A program made the translations under genes and the position numbers. Below, piece after piece: positions 1 through 10,203 of a stretch of DNA of 64,000 bases. Origin of the DNA: Opitutales bacterium (GTDB lineage: Bacteria; Verrucomicrobiota; Verrucomicrobiia; Opitutales; UBA2987); contig CBDDEL010000015.1 in NCBI GenBank assembly GCA_965226885.1, positions 480,001 through 544,000 of the forward strand. Reading direction: 5' to 3'. The notes below the pieces were generated by a model. The model did not search any database, had not been told where the DNA came from, and saw only the letters and a list, made by a program, of their open reading frames with translations. The stretch's first letter is position 1. Every line of letters begins with the position of its first letter.

Positions 1-323
1 GTGACAGTGAGCAGACCCGCCTGGATCTGATTGACCCGCATTCGGTCGACCATGGCGGCTTCCCCTCCCTGTATGCTGCCGGGATAAATAATCAATTCAA
101 CCGAACCGCCGGAGACTTGCCGCCAGGCCTGTCCCATACGCTGCAGGGATCGATGAAAGGAGGCATCTTTGGGTGCTATGGTCGTGAGCCTGATGCGGTG
201 TTCGGCGGCACGGACTTCAGCCTGAAATGGATCCGCAAAAACAATTGCAAGCGCCATAATACCGAATCTAAGAATGGAAGTTCGGGCAATGGGACTGTAT
301 CTTTTATAAGTATGAGTATTCAT
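1..323 (-). CDS. dctP: TRAP/TPAT substrate-binding protein DctP (TatP-like); 5' part only, runs off the window start
   Basis: Manual translation from ATG at 323: MNTHTYKRYSPIARTSILRFGIMALAIVFADPFQAEVRAAEHRIRLTTIAPKDASFHRSLQRMGQAWRQVSGGSVELIIYPGSIQGGEAAMVDRMRVNQIQAGLL. Typical DctP N-terminus, directly downstream of tatT. Confidence 0.85.
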   Translation of the reverse strand, partial: MNTHTYKRYSPIARTSILRFGIMALAIVFADPFQAEVRAAEHRIRLTTIAPKDASFHRSLQRMGQAWRQVSGGSVELIIYPGSIQGGEAAMVDRMRVNQIQAGLLTV

Positions 324-358
324 TTTTAATTCTCCGTAGGGATTTTTTTTCAAATACT

Positions 359-1341
359 TTAATCGAGAAAATAACGATCAACCCGATCCAGGAGCCACCG
401 GGCGCGTCGTTGATAGATGAGGTTGGCCAGGCGCCACTCGGGATGAACGTCCGTATTGACGGCGATCGCTTTGCGCAGCAATCTCTCAAATTCAACGCGA
501 TTCTGGTTGGGAATGGACACCGACTCGGCCAGTGAAATATGGGGAGAAGCCTGATACCCACCGTTAAGCTCTACCGCCCGGGCATAATGGCGCCGGGCCC
601 GAACTTCGGGCAAATCGGGATGATCGAGGCGAAGCATTTCGTAGGTGATGAGGAAACCATGAATGGCGCCACTATCGTAGGATTCATCCAATTCGAGCGC
701 TCTATCGATGAGCGCCTGCACAATCGGCAAATCGCCGATCAAGTCAGGGTCATTCTTGGCCAATCCAATCGTGGCCAGCCAGGCGTAAGCCGTCCAAAAA
801 AGAAGTGGGACATCCTTTTTATTTGCCTGTTTTACTGCCTCGACGGGATTCGTCCACAATTCTGCTTCAAAATTGCGGTGGCTGGCCTCAAGCCCTCTCA
901 GGCCGTAGTTACGCGCTCGCAGGTAAAGTCGCCGGGCCCGGTCGCGAAGAGCGAAGGCCGCCTCCAGATCGGTGTTTTCAAGATCATCGGCCTCCAGTTG
1001 GACATAGACATAACCGTATTGGGTAAAACCGCTGGCCAGGGCATAGAGGAGACCTTTGTGATGGGGAACCTGATCGAGGAGCGTTCGAGGAGCGTTTCCA
1101 TCAATTTCAAGCTGAAAGGGATAGCCGCGCCCACAAATTCGGGATCGTCGTCCGAGGTGAAAGTCGTACCGCCCTCGGCCAGGGCATCGGCCATCTTGCT
1201 GACGGCAACTTTTTTTAGGGTTGCACACCCGCTCGCCAAAATGGCCAGCAGCGCTAAAGCAAAGCCGATTTTAATTTTCCGAGGTAAATGCAGAGTGAAG
1301 GTTGAGCAAACATTTTTCATCGGGGATTTTTTGCCTCCCAT
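359..1341 (-). pseudogene. tatT: TRAP transporter TatT (TPR lipoprotein), frameshifted
   Basis: N-terminal frame (lipobox LASGC, SDDDPEFVGAAIPFSLKLMETLL) and C-terminal frame (LLDQVPHHKGLL...ALELDESYDSGAIH) are offset by the 11-bp tandem duplication TCGAGGAGCGT at 1074-1095. Confidence 0.85.
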
Positions 1342-1763
1342 GTTTAAGGATTCAATCTGAAATAGGTTCGCGCCGGCGGTAGTGTATTAAGTAGGAATGG
1401 TGGCTAATTCTTGATTATATTGATGAATGAAAAGTCTCAGACAGGTTTCATGCATACTCTTAAGCTTGGAAAAGGAGAGGGTTTTGCGTGTGAAACGACC
1501 CAGTCGTTGGCGCAGGGTATTGTTCCATCGTTCCACATGGGCCGTTTCACCGGTTTCTTTTCCCACGGATCGGTTATGAGGAAAGACTTCATCATAAGTG
1601 CTCCAAAAGTCGCTGTAGGTGGCACATCTTTTGTAGGCCCGTGGCAGACGCTCGTAAAGTTCCCGGCAACGATACTGAAGTGGACGGGGTTGTTTGGACA
1701 ATTTTGACGTGGGATTAAGGTGGAAATCGTGTTCATATTATTTTTTAAAAATATATTTTGTCC

Positions 1764-2627
1764 TTAGCCAAAGACGGGCACGCAGGTGCCCGCAAGCTGT
1801 ATTGGCGGGGAGGTTGGTTTTGCTCCGATTGCATGGACTTCGGCCGGGGTCCGGTAGCCCAGGGCTTGGTGGGGGCGCAGGTGGTTGTAGAAGTCCAGGT
1901 AGCGGGCTATCCCTTCGCTGGCTTCCTTTGCCGTGGCGTATTCGCGCAGGTAAATGTCTTCATACTTGAGGGTTCTCCAAAAGCGTTCAACAAATATGTT
2001 GTCCAGGTAGCGGCCACGCCCGTCCATGCTGATGCGCACCCCGGCTTGCCCCAGCACCGAGGTGAACTCGCTGCCGGTAAACTGGCTGCCTTGATCGGTG
2101 TTGAAGATTTGAGGTTGGGCCCGCCTCAGAGCTTCCTCCAGGGCGAGCACACAGAAGCGGCTCTCCAGGGTGTTGGAAAGCTGCCAGCTCAACACGTAGC
2201 GGCTGAACCAGTCCAACACCACGGTCAAGAAAAGGAATCCTCGGCTCAGCCGCAGGTAAGTGATGTCGCTGCACCATACCTGGTCGGGCCGCTCGACCGC
2301 CAAACCCCGCAGCAGATAAGGGAAAATGCGGTGCTGCCGGTGCCCCTGGCTCAAGTTTCGACGCGGATAAATAGCCTCCAGGCCCATTTGGCGCATGAGC
2401 CGCTGGATGCGGCCTCGTCCCACTGCATGGCCCTCTCGACGCAGCCACTGGGTCATCCGGCGAGAACCAAAAAACGGATATTGGGTGTAGAGCTCATCCA
2501 TGCGATGCATGTAGAGAACGTTCTGCTCGCACTGGGCACGGGCCCGATAGTAATAGCTGCCGCGGGCCAGCCCCAGCAACTGACATTGCCTGCCGATACT
2601 GATTTTTCCTTGAAGTGGTTGCACCAT
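1764..2627 (-). CDS. IS3 transposase OrfB (DDE/rve integrase core)
   Basis: WCSDITY, FNTDQGSQF and DNIFVERFWRTLKYE motifs. Confidence 0.93.
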   Translation of the reverse strand: MVQPLQGKISIGRQCQLLGLARGSYYYRARAQCEQNVLYMHRMDELYTQYPFFGSRRMTQWLRREGHAVGRGRIQRLMRQMGLEAIYPRRNLSQGHRQHRIFPYLLRGLAVERPDQVWCSDITYLRLSRGFLFLTVVLDWFSRYVLSWQLSNTLESRFCVLALEEALRRAQPQIFNTDQGSQFTGSEFTSVLGQAGVRISMDGRGRYLDNIFVERFWRTLKYEDIYLREYATAKEASEGIARYLDFYNHLRPHQALGYRTPAEVHAIGAKPTSPPIQLAGTCVPVFG

Positions 2628-2637
2628 CTTGCGCCTC

Positions 2638-2943
2638 TCACCAACCGAATTGTTCAGACTTTTTTTTTAGCCAATCGCATTCTACTTTCAGCTTTCCAAT
2701 CTCCTGGTAAAGGTGATCTTTTTCCGTCTCGTTGTCCTTGCTGAGAGTCTGCCGCTGGCGCGAAAACAGCTCCGTTGCTCCCTGCAAAAGCTGCTTCTTC
2801 CATTGGGTCACCTGGTTGGGATGCACCTCAAAACGACCGGCGATCTCGTTGATGGTATGAGCGCCCCTGATGGCTTCCAGGGCCACTCGGGCTTTAAACT
2901 CAGCACTGTATTGTCTTCTCTTTCGTGATTTAATAACATTCAT
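2638..2943 (-). CDS. IS3 transposase OrfA (HTH)
   Basis: YSAEFKARVALEA...EVHPNQVTQWKK; ends WLKKKS over an A9G run (2660-2668), the expected -1 frameshift site. Confidence 0.9.
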   Translation of the reverse strand: MNVIKSRKRRQYSAEFKARVALEAIRGAHTINEIAGRFEVHPNQVTQWKKQLLQGATELFSRQRQTLSKDNETEKDHLYQEIGKLKVECDWLKKKSEQFGW

Positions 2944-3230
2944 AGGTTAGCGGATTTAGTGGTTCAAGACCACCTTATTCCACTGTCCAGTTTTCCCCGT
3001 CCATTTCATACCAATCCCGAGGCCCAATGGCATAGGAGAGGATTTGACGGGTGCGTCTGTAAACGCCGGGATGAAACCGGTACGGGGGTCGGGGTAAAAC
3101 CGGTACGCTTGGAATAAGGTTTAGGTTAGTAATTGCAGGTACGTCAAGGTTTAGGGTTTGGGAGTTGGTTTTGGGGATTGGCTTGGGGTCGGTGAGGAGG
3201 CCGGAGGCCGACGAGCCGGGCCCAAGGCGT

Positions 3231-3998
3231 TTATTGTTTTGTGCCACGGCGACGGCGTCGAGCATCGCGCAAGCGGTAGCTTTGCCCGTTGGCTTCGAGG
3301 ATATGCACCCGATGGGTGAGTCGGTCCAGCAGAGCTCCGGTGAGCCGTTCGGAACCGAGCACTTCGATCCAGTTCTCAAAGGGCAGGTTGGTGGTGACGA
3401 TGAGACTGGTGCGCTCGTAAGCGCGGCTGACCACGTCGAAGAGCAGTTCGGAACCGGTCTTGGAAAAAGGGACGTAACCGAGTTCGTCGAGGATGAGTAG
3501 GTCGAGCCTTTCGAGTTGCTTCATGAAGCGCTGCAGGTCGTGGTTGTCGCGTTGCTCGAGCATATGGGTAACCAGGGCGGTGACCCCGAAGAAACGGATC
3601 CGCCGGCCCTGGGCACAGGCGGCAAAGCCCAGGGCGGTGGCCAGGTGCGTTTTACCGGTACCGGCGTTACCGAGGAGCAGCACGTTTTCGCGCTGGTCGA
3701 CATACTCCCCGCGCATGAGCTCTCGGATGAGCGCTTCGTTGAGCGAGGGCTGCGCTTCAAAGGCGAAGCTCTCGAGGGTCTTGAGCACGGGGAAACGGGC
3801 GTTTTTGATCCGCCGCTGGGCGGCCCGCTGTTCGCGTTCAATGAGCTCCCGTTCGACCAGATGCAACAAAAAGGCGGCGTAATCGAGCCGGTCCCGGGAA
3901 CAAGCCGCGGCCACCGCCGGCCATTCGCGCAGGATGGTGGGCAACTTCAGTTTCTTGAGGTGATGGTGTAACAGCAGCTGGTTTTTTTCTTCCTTCAT
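3231..3998 (-). CDS. istB: IS21 helper ATPase IstB
   Basis: Walker A GNAGTGKT, Walker B LLILDELGY, ITTNLPF-type motif (IVTTNLPF) and ALLDRL. Confidence 0.95.
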   Translation of the reverse strand: MKEEKNQLLLHHHLKKLKLPTILREWPAVAAACSRDRLDYAAFLLHLVERELIEREQRAAQRRIKNARFPVLKTLESFAFEAQPSLNEALIRELMRGEYVDQRENVLLLGNAGTGKTHLATALGFAACAQGRRIRFFGVTALVTHMLEQRDNHDLQRFMKQLERLDLLILDELGYVPFSKTGSELLFDVVSRAYERTSLIVTTNLPFENWIEVLGSERLTGALLDRLTHRVHILEANGQSYRLRDARRRRRGTKQ

Positions 3999-5477
3999 AA
4001 AGCCCCTCCTGGAATCTTGAGCAGTTCGCTGTAGGCACCGAGGTCAGGGGCGGCCACACGGACGTGACGCAGGTGTGGATGGCCGTCCAGCCGGAAGGTT
4101 CTGCTCCCGTAGTCTTCCTGAGGATAGAGATACTGGGCGATGGCCTCACGAGTCAGTCCCCCCACCCGCAGGGCCGAGACGACGGCCTGCTGCAAGGCCG
4201 CCATGGGGTGTTTCTCCAACAGCCGCAGCACCCGGATATACTCCCGGGTGCCTTCGCCCCCGCATTGGCTTTCGAGCCGGCGTCTGAGGACCTGCAGGCA
4301 CTGCGGCAACTGCCAGCCCGAGAGTGGGCGGGCGAAGTCCAAAGCGCCCGGTTTTTTCTCCAGCAAAGCCAGGTAGTGCACCGGCTCGAAAGAGACTTGC
4401 TCTTTATCCCAAATGCGGCGGTGCCGGGCCACCTCTTGGCCCCCACAGAAGATCACCACCTGCCGACAGGACCCTTCCACCACCACCGGATGGTGGGCGC
4501 AGCGCACCAGCGAGAGGCTGCTGACGCAGGTCGAGCGTTTGCGGCTCGCTTCAAAGGGTATGGGCGGCAACGCCAGCATGACGGCGCGCTCCTCGGCCAG
4601 CAGTTCCTTTTTCACCGCCCTTTTCCCGCGTAATTTACGCTCCATGTCCCGCTCACATGCCTCCAACAGCTTTGCGTTGAGTTCCTCCAGGTCCCGAACC
4701 TGCGGTACCGGTACCAGGAAGTTGGCCCGGGCATAACGCACGATCCCCTCGACCACGCCCTTCTCGTTGGGCCGGGCGGGCAGACAGAAGTGTTCCTCGA
4801 ACAGGTAATGGCTCTGTAGCTGCAGAAACCCGTCGGTCAGCTTGCGTTCACGCGAACCGATAATCTTACCCACCGCCACCTTCGAGTTGTCATAGCTGAT
4901 GCGCCGGGGCACCGCCCCGAAAAACTCAAAAGCTCGCAGGTGCCCCTAGGTGCCCCTCCCAGAAGCTCTCCGTGCACTCCCGTTCGAACACCTGCACGAA
5001 AAAGGCATCGCTGTAGGGCAGGCTCATGGCAAAAAATGGCCGCCTACGCAATTGCCCCGCCTCCTTCACCAGGGCATGACCGAAGTCCACCTGTCCCTCC
5101 CCGGGGCGGTGCTCCAGCGGCACGAACACTTCCCGCCGCCTCGCTCGCAGCTCGGCCACCACCTCCTTGACCGCCGTGTAGCCCCCTTGGTAGCCCTTCT
5201 CCCGACCCAAACGCTGGTAGATCCGTTTGGCCGTATGGCGCTGCTTCTTGGGCACGTTCCGGTCCGCTTTGAGCACCTCCTCGATCCAGCCCACATACGG
5301 ATCGATCTTGCGCTCTCGCCTCTTCTTGCGCCGGTCTCCCGGCGGCTGGGAATAGGCCAGCATCTTTCCCAGGGTCTCCCAGTGCAGTCCCTCTTCTCGC
5401 ATTACAGAGCGCTTGCTCTGCTTGTCCCGCAGCACTTTGTGCCGCACTCTTGTCCATTGCTTCATATCTCGATACAC
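3995..5477 (-). pseudogene. istA: IS21 transposase IstA, frameshifted
   Basis: 5' frame (HTAKRI, GQVDFG) and 3' frame (PRRISYDN, EKGVVE) are offset by the 10-bp duplication AGGTGCCCCT at 4938-4957; removing one copy restores WEGHLRAFEFFGAVPRRISYDN. Confidence 0.9.
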
Positions 5478-5551
5478 TCCTCCTTTCTAGGATAAGCGTA
5501 CCGGTTTTAAAGCGCCCTCTTTACCGTACCGGTTTTTCCCCGGCGTTTACA

Positions 5552-5656
5552 ACCCTCTCCTTTTCCAAGCTTAAGAGTATGCATGAAACCTGTCTGAGAC
5601 TTTTCATTCATCAATATAATCAAGAATTAGCCACCATTCTTACTTAATACACTACC
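5552..5656 (+). mobile_element. IS1 3'-end fragment in the opposite orientation
   Basis: Reverse complement of 1378-1482 with one difference seen; ends TACACTACC. Confidence 0.88.
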
Positions 5657-6116
5657 CTATTTTTTATGCGTCATTATAGGTATTGGAGATTATCTAATCG
5701 TTTAAGAGGAATCCGTTTTACTAATTAATTCGAAGAATTGATCGAAACTTTGCATTTGGAAGAGGATTTTATCTTCCTTGGACTGGTCGAGGACGAGTCC
5801 AAGTGGTCCCTTTACAAGAGGGCGATCTGTTCGTACTGCCGAATTACGGGGAGAATTTCGGATTGGCGTGGCGGAAACTCTGGCTTGCGAAATGCCGGTA
5901 AGCGCGACCAAAGGAGCCCAGAGGGGTAGTTTGTCAACTCATCGTTGCGGTTGGTGGATCGAAACCGGCGTCGACCCTCTGGCTGGGGCTCTGACAAAGG
6001 CCATTTTACTGAGCGATGCGGAGCGAGCGGCGATGGTCATCGGAGGGAGGGAGTTAATTGAGGAGCGATTTTCCAACCTCAATGCGGTTCAATCAATGAT
6101 CGAGGTTTACGAATAA
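5657..6116 (+). pseudogene. Glycosyltransferase family 4 C-terminal remnant
   Basis: GT4-like fragments in different frames (FLGLVEDESKW; DLFVLPNYGENFG; AETLACEMPV...CGWWI); 5' end removed at the IS1 end. Confidence 0.7.
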
Positions 6117-6196
6117 GCGCCAGGCAATGGGCCGAAGCCGGATTGTGTTTTGTTTTGAAAGATTGAATAGTTGGCGGTTTTTGTCATTAATGGGTT

Positions 6197-6775
6197 TTGC
6201 CGATTGAGTGGCATGGACAAATGAGCGACGAATCACAGATAGATATTTCCGCCCACCGGAAGAACCTCAATTATGACAAGGGGGTTTTGCTGACCCGTGT
6301 AGCCTGGGCGTTGATAAGGCCGCTATTCAGGTTCAGTCCGCGCCATTTATACGGGTGGCGAAATTTGCTTCTGCGCTTATTCGGGGCGAAAGTCGGGCGG
6401 AAGGTGCGGATTTACCCATCGGCCAATATTTTTTATCCCTGGCAATTCAAAATCGGTGATTGGTCCACCATCGGGTGGGGGGTGGATATTTACAACCTGG
6501 GCAAAATTTCCATCGGGGCCAATGTGCTGGTATCGCATAGGGCGCATCTGTGCGCGGGTACGCATGATATTAGTAAACCCCACCTGCCCCTTCTAAGGCC
6601 GCCCATTTCCATCGGCGATGGCAGTTGGGTGTGTAGCGAGGCCTTTATCGGCCCCGGTATATCCGTCGGCCGGGGGACAGTGGTGGGAGCTCGCGCAGTG
6701 GTGGTCAAGGATGTACCGGATGGGGCGGTCGTCGCGGGAAATCCGGCCAAAATCATCAAAATGAAGCCGTTTTAA
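6197..6775 (+). CDS. wcaF: WcaF-like polysaccharide acetyltransferase (left-handed beta-helix); start may be ATG 6221
   Basis: WRNLLLRLFGAKVG, IFYPW, LCAGTHD, hexapeptide repeats, VVAGNPAK. Confidence 0.8.
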   Translation: MPIEWHGQMSDESQIDISAHRKNLNYDKGVLLTRVAWALIRPLFRFSPRHLYGWRNLLLRLFGAKVGRKVRIYPSANIFYPWQFKIGDWSTIGWGVDIYNLGKISIGANVLVSHRAHLCAGTHDISKPHLPLLRPPISIGDGSWVCSEAFIGPGISVGRGTVVGARAVVVKDVPDGAVVAGNPAKIIKMKPF

Positions 6776-6804
6776 GAGGCGCACTGAGAAAACGGTTATT
6801 TGCC

Positions 6805-8172
6805 ATGAGCAGGATATTTTTTAAGCTATTCCTCCTTTTACTGGACGTTTTATGCCTGACCGGGTTTTACGTGTTATCTCTGCGGGTGAGGTTTTCGGAA
6901 AATTTCGCCTCCTATTTCGATCCTTATGTGTTCTCTGTTTTACTCCCATCGACCATCCTGACGATAGCTGTGATCGGCGGTTACAACCGATCTATCGATA
7001 TGCGCAGTTTGCGCTTTGCCAGCGAGCATATCATCGCATCGGTCATCAATTTTTTTCTCGTTTTGTTTCTCATCTACTTTTTAACAGGCGTCATTGCGGC
7101 TCGGGCCAACGTGGCTATGGTTTTGATCGTCTTCCCACTCTGGACGCTGGGGGGACGCTATATGCTGGCCACCATGACGCGCAAAACACTGGTCAATCGG
7201 TCCCTTTACATTGTGGGCGTGGGAGAGCAAGCTGTGGATTTTTTTCATGTTCTTAAAACCAATAACTGGCCCCAAAATCTGGTCTTTTTCGATCCCACCC
7301 TGGAAAGAAAAGGGGAAAACTTGGTCAGCGGGGATTTATCATCGCCCATAATTCAAGGAGACCTGGTCGAGGCTGTGGAAACCGAGGGGCTGGAAGTGGA
7401 TTCCATTGTCATTGCTGAAAAAGCGGAGAATTTGCCTCAATCCCTTCTGGAAAAATTGGTGTCCATTCATTTCATGAAAGCCCAGGTGCAGACACTTTAC
7501 ACTTTTTTTGCCATCCATTGGAAAATGGTTCCTGTTTCCCAGGTATCACCTTATTGGGCTTTTGAAGAAGGCTTCCGGCTCAACAGCAGTTTGACTTATG
7601 AAAGGGCCAAACGAATTTTCGATATCATTTTCGCTTTGACAGGATTCCTTATCCTATGGCCGGTACTTCTGATTGTCGCCATGATGGTCAGACTGAGCAG
7701 CCCCGGCCCGGTCGTATTCAAACAAACCCGGGTGGGCCGCGATGAAAAACCATTCACCTTGTATAAATTTCGCACCATGATCGTCGGATCGGAAGAGGAG
7801 GATCTTTATACTCGGTCCGAAGATAAGCGCATCACCCGTGTCGGCTCATTCCTGAGAGTTACCCGATTGGACGAACTGCTTCAATTGTGGAATGTCCTGA
7901 GGGGCGAAATGAGTGTCATCGGGCCAAGAGCGGAATGGAAAAAAATCGTTGAAATTTACGAAAGAAAGATTCCCTTTTATCATTTTCGCCATTTGGTAAA
8001 ACCCGGCATAACGGGCTGGGCGCAGGTCAATTATCCCTATGGCGAAAACGATCGCGACGCCGTCGAAAAATTAAAATACGACCTCTATTATGTCCGCCAC
8101 TATTCGCTTTTGCTCGATTTGTCGATTTGCCTGAAAACCATATACGTCATCCTATTTGGCCTAGGACGTTAA
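6805..8172 (+). CDS. Exopolysaccharide polyprenyl glycosylphosphotransferase (WcaJ/WbaP-like)
   Basis: N-terminal TM segments; KRIFDI, FKQTRVG, YKFRTM, RLDEL, GEMSVIGPR and VKPGITGWAQV motifs. Confidence 0.93.
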   Translation: MSRIFFKLFLLLLDVLCLTGFYVLSLRVRFSENFASYFDPYVFSVLLPSTILTIAVIGGYNRSIDMRSLRFASEHIIASVINFFLVLFLIYFLTGVIAARANVAMVLIVFPLWTLGGRYMLATMTRKTLVNRSLYIVGVGEQAVDFFHVLKTNNWPQNLVFFDPTLERKGENLVSGDLSSPIIQGDLVEAVETEGLEVDSIVIAEKAENLPQSLLEKLVSIHFMKAQVQTLYTFFAIHWKMVPVSQVSPYWAFEEGFRLNSSLTYERAKRIFDIIFALTGFLILWPVLLIVAMMVRLSSPGPVVFKQTRVGRDEKPFTLYKFRTMIVGSEEEDLYTRSEDKRITRVGSFLRVTRLDELLQLWNVLRGEMSVIGPRAEWKKIVEIYERKIPFYHFRHLVKPGITGWAQVNYPYGENDRDAVEKLKYDLYYVRHYSLLLDLSICLKTIYVILFGLGR

Positions 8173-8299
8173 ACCGGCCGGATTTCTATTCTAGCCATTG
8201 GATAGTGAAAATATCTGGAAAACCCCACCTCCTTGAGATAAAGGAGATGCTTGAATTTACGAGGGTTATATTTTATTCGATGGCAATGAGGCAGCACCC

Positions 8300-8474
8300 A
8301 TGACGCTCTCCCATAAAAAGATAAAATACATTCAGCGGTTCTCTGGTAAAAAAGCGGCATCGCAAATGGCCCGTGAATTGAGGATTCCAGTGGATCAGGT
8401 GTTGGCCGTTATGGGAGGCTACATCGCAGCCAAAGCCATTCAAGAGAGAAACATTTGGGAAACCTGCGAAAACC
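8300..8474 (+). pseudogene. 5' remnant of an unknown gene truncated by IS1
   Basis: MTLSHKKIKYIQRFSGKKAASQMARELRIPVDQVLAVMGG (HTH-like) after a GAGG site, open up to the IS1 end. Confidence 0.4.
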
Positions 8475-8483
8475 GGTAGTGTA

Positions 8484-8864
8484 TTAAGTAGGAATGGTGG
8501 CTAATTCTTGATTATATTGATGAATGAAAAGTCTCAGACAGGTTTCATGCATACTCTTAAGCTTGGAAAAGGAGAGGGTTTTGCGTGTGAAACGACCCAG
8601 TCGTTGGCGCAGGGTATTGTTCCATCGTTCCACATGGGCCGTTTCACCGGTTTCTTTTCCCACGGATCGGTTATGAGGAAAGACTTCATCATAAGTGCTC
8701 CAAAAGTCGCTGTAGGTGGCACATCTTTTGTAGGCCCGTGGCAGACGCTCGTAAAGTTCCCGGCAACGATACCAATCCCGAGGCCCAATGGCATAGGAGA
8801 GGATTTGACGGGTGCGTCGGCAAAGAGCGATCCAAACCCATTGGGCATCGCTCTTGCGCCCCAC
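8484..8864 (-). CDS. insB: IS1 InsB (expressed as frameshift fusion with InsA)
   Basis: WVWIALCRRTRQILSYAIGPR, YSDFW and HVERWNNTLRQRL. Confidence 0.88.
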   Translation of the reverse strand: MGRKSDAQWVWIALCRRTRQILSYAIGPRDWYRCRELYERLPRAYKRCATYSDFWSTYDEVFPHNRSVGKETGETAHVERWNNTLRQRLGRFTRKTLSFSKLKSMHETCLRLFIHQYNQELATIPT

Positions 8865-8895
8865 AAAAGACCACAGTTCGTCCAGTTCAATGACA

Positions 8896-9201
8896 TCATG
8901 GCGGCGGGCCGCAAGAATCGTGCTTTTGAGCGGTCGCAGCGATTGTCGTTTTTTTTAACCAACTCAAAACGGTGTTGGGACTCACCCCGAAGGCGCGCTG
9001 TAAACCGCGTAAACTGCTGCGTTCCTGATAGACTCGAAGGATCATTTCTTTTTGCTCTTCGGTGTATTTCACTGTGGGGTTTTCGCGGCTTTGTTTACCA
9101 CAATCATGGCAGCGGTAGCGCTGTTTATGGTTGGGCGTCTTGCCAAATTTAATGATATTTTCACTTCCACAGTGCCGACAATTAATAATTTTAGTAACCA
9201 T
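8896..9201 (-). CDS. insA: IS1 InsA (Zn ribbon plus HTH)
   Basis: CRHCGS...QRYRCHDC, then SLRGLQRAFGVSPNTVLSWLKK. Confidence 0.9.
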   Translation of the reverse strand: MVTKIINCRHCGSENIIKFGKTPNHKQRYRCHDCGKQSRENPTVKYTEEQKEMILRVYQERSSLRGLQRAFGVSPNTVLSWLKKTTIAATAQKHDSCGPPP

Positions 9202-10203
9202 GCACTAAGAATAAACTGCCTAGCGCTATTTGTACAGCTAAAAATACAAAATAACATTCTTTTTTTATACACTACCCGCTTTGGGAGGAGGATTTCTCTG
9301 AGATTAAAAATTACCTCGACGAACTTCGGGAAGGCGGGATCACAGATTTCAAAGCCTATTTTAGGGATAATCCGGATTCTGTCAGGCATTGCTCAAGTCT
9401 CCTTAAAATTATCGATATCAACAAGGCAGGGATAGACTTATACAATGCAGGGATAGACTTATACAATGCCGATAACAAAGAGGAGGTAATAGCCAATATG
9501 GATCCATTTTCCGGCGACGAATGGGTTTCATTGTTTGCAGCAGAATTGGTGGCTTTACTCGAAGGACATACTCCTTACTCAGCCGAATTTCCTGAAAAAA
9601 AAATCACCAATGAGCACTTCTATTTTATAGTGAATGTTATCTTGATGCCCGGTTGTGAGGATAATTGGTCAAGAGTCATTGTTGCCTCAACCGACATAAC
9701 TGAATGGAAGCATACTCAAGAAGAGTTGAATACGGCCAAGGAAGCAGCTGAATCGATGGCCCTGCAAGCTGAGAAAGCCAACCAGGCCCGGAGCCGGTTT
9801 CTCTCCCACATGAGCCATGAGTTGCGTACGCCCCTCAGTGTCATTCTTGGATTTTCCGACCTGCTTAGAGGCCAGACTTTCGGTAAAATAAACGAAAAAC
9901 AATTCGATTACCTAAGCAAAATCGAGGAAGCCGGCAGGCATCTTTTAAGCCTCATAAACGATTTGTTAGATTTGTCAAAAATCGATGCCGGGCAGATGGT
10001 TATGGAATCGGTTATGTTTCAACCGGAAAACCTGATTGATTCCGTGGTTTCTCTGATGAGAATTCAATTCAGCAAGAAAAGACATTCAGCAAGAAAAGAC
10101 AGGTAGTAAAATCCTATTGTGACCCGAATATTGAGATGATTTTTGGGGACCTTCGCAAGTGTAAACAAATCATGCTCAATCTTCTTTCCAATGCCCTAAA
10201 ATA

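Larger units (their letters stand above)
1676..3008 (-). mobile_element. IS3-family element inserted in IS1
   Basis: Terminal IRs TGAAGTGGACGGGG...GGACA / TGTCC...CCCCGTCCATTTCA; 3-bp target duplication TAC (1673-1675, 3009-3011); orfA plus orfB. Confidence 0.92.
1378..3057 (-). mobile_element. IS1-family element, 3' part, interrupted by IS3 and truncated by IS21
   Basis: Starts GGTAGTGTA. 1378-1675 and 3012-3057 match the complete IS1 at 8475-9276; InsB C-terminus ETAHVERWNNTLRQRL. Confidence 0.9.
3058..5551 (-). mobile_element. IS21-family element (istA/istB)
   Basis: Ends TGTAAACGCCGGG / CCCGGCGTTTACA; repeated sub-terminal AAACCGGTACG motifs at both ends; no matching target duplication. 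Confidence 0.92.
8475..9276 (-). mobile_element. Complete IS1-family element (802 bp)
   Basis: IRs GGTAGTGTA / TACACTACC; insA plus insB; A8C slippery run near 8949-8956; no target duplication. Confidence 0.92.

Noticed and set aside
539..2744. Long antisense ORFs (539-1360, 1758-2744; likewise 24620-25588, 43674-44597, 49885-50787)
   Set aside because: Shadows of recognisable genes on the opposite strand, with no motifs of their own.
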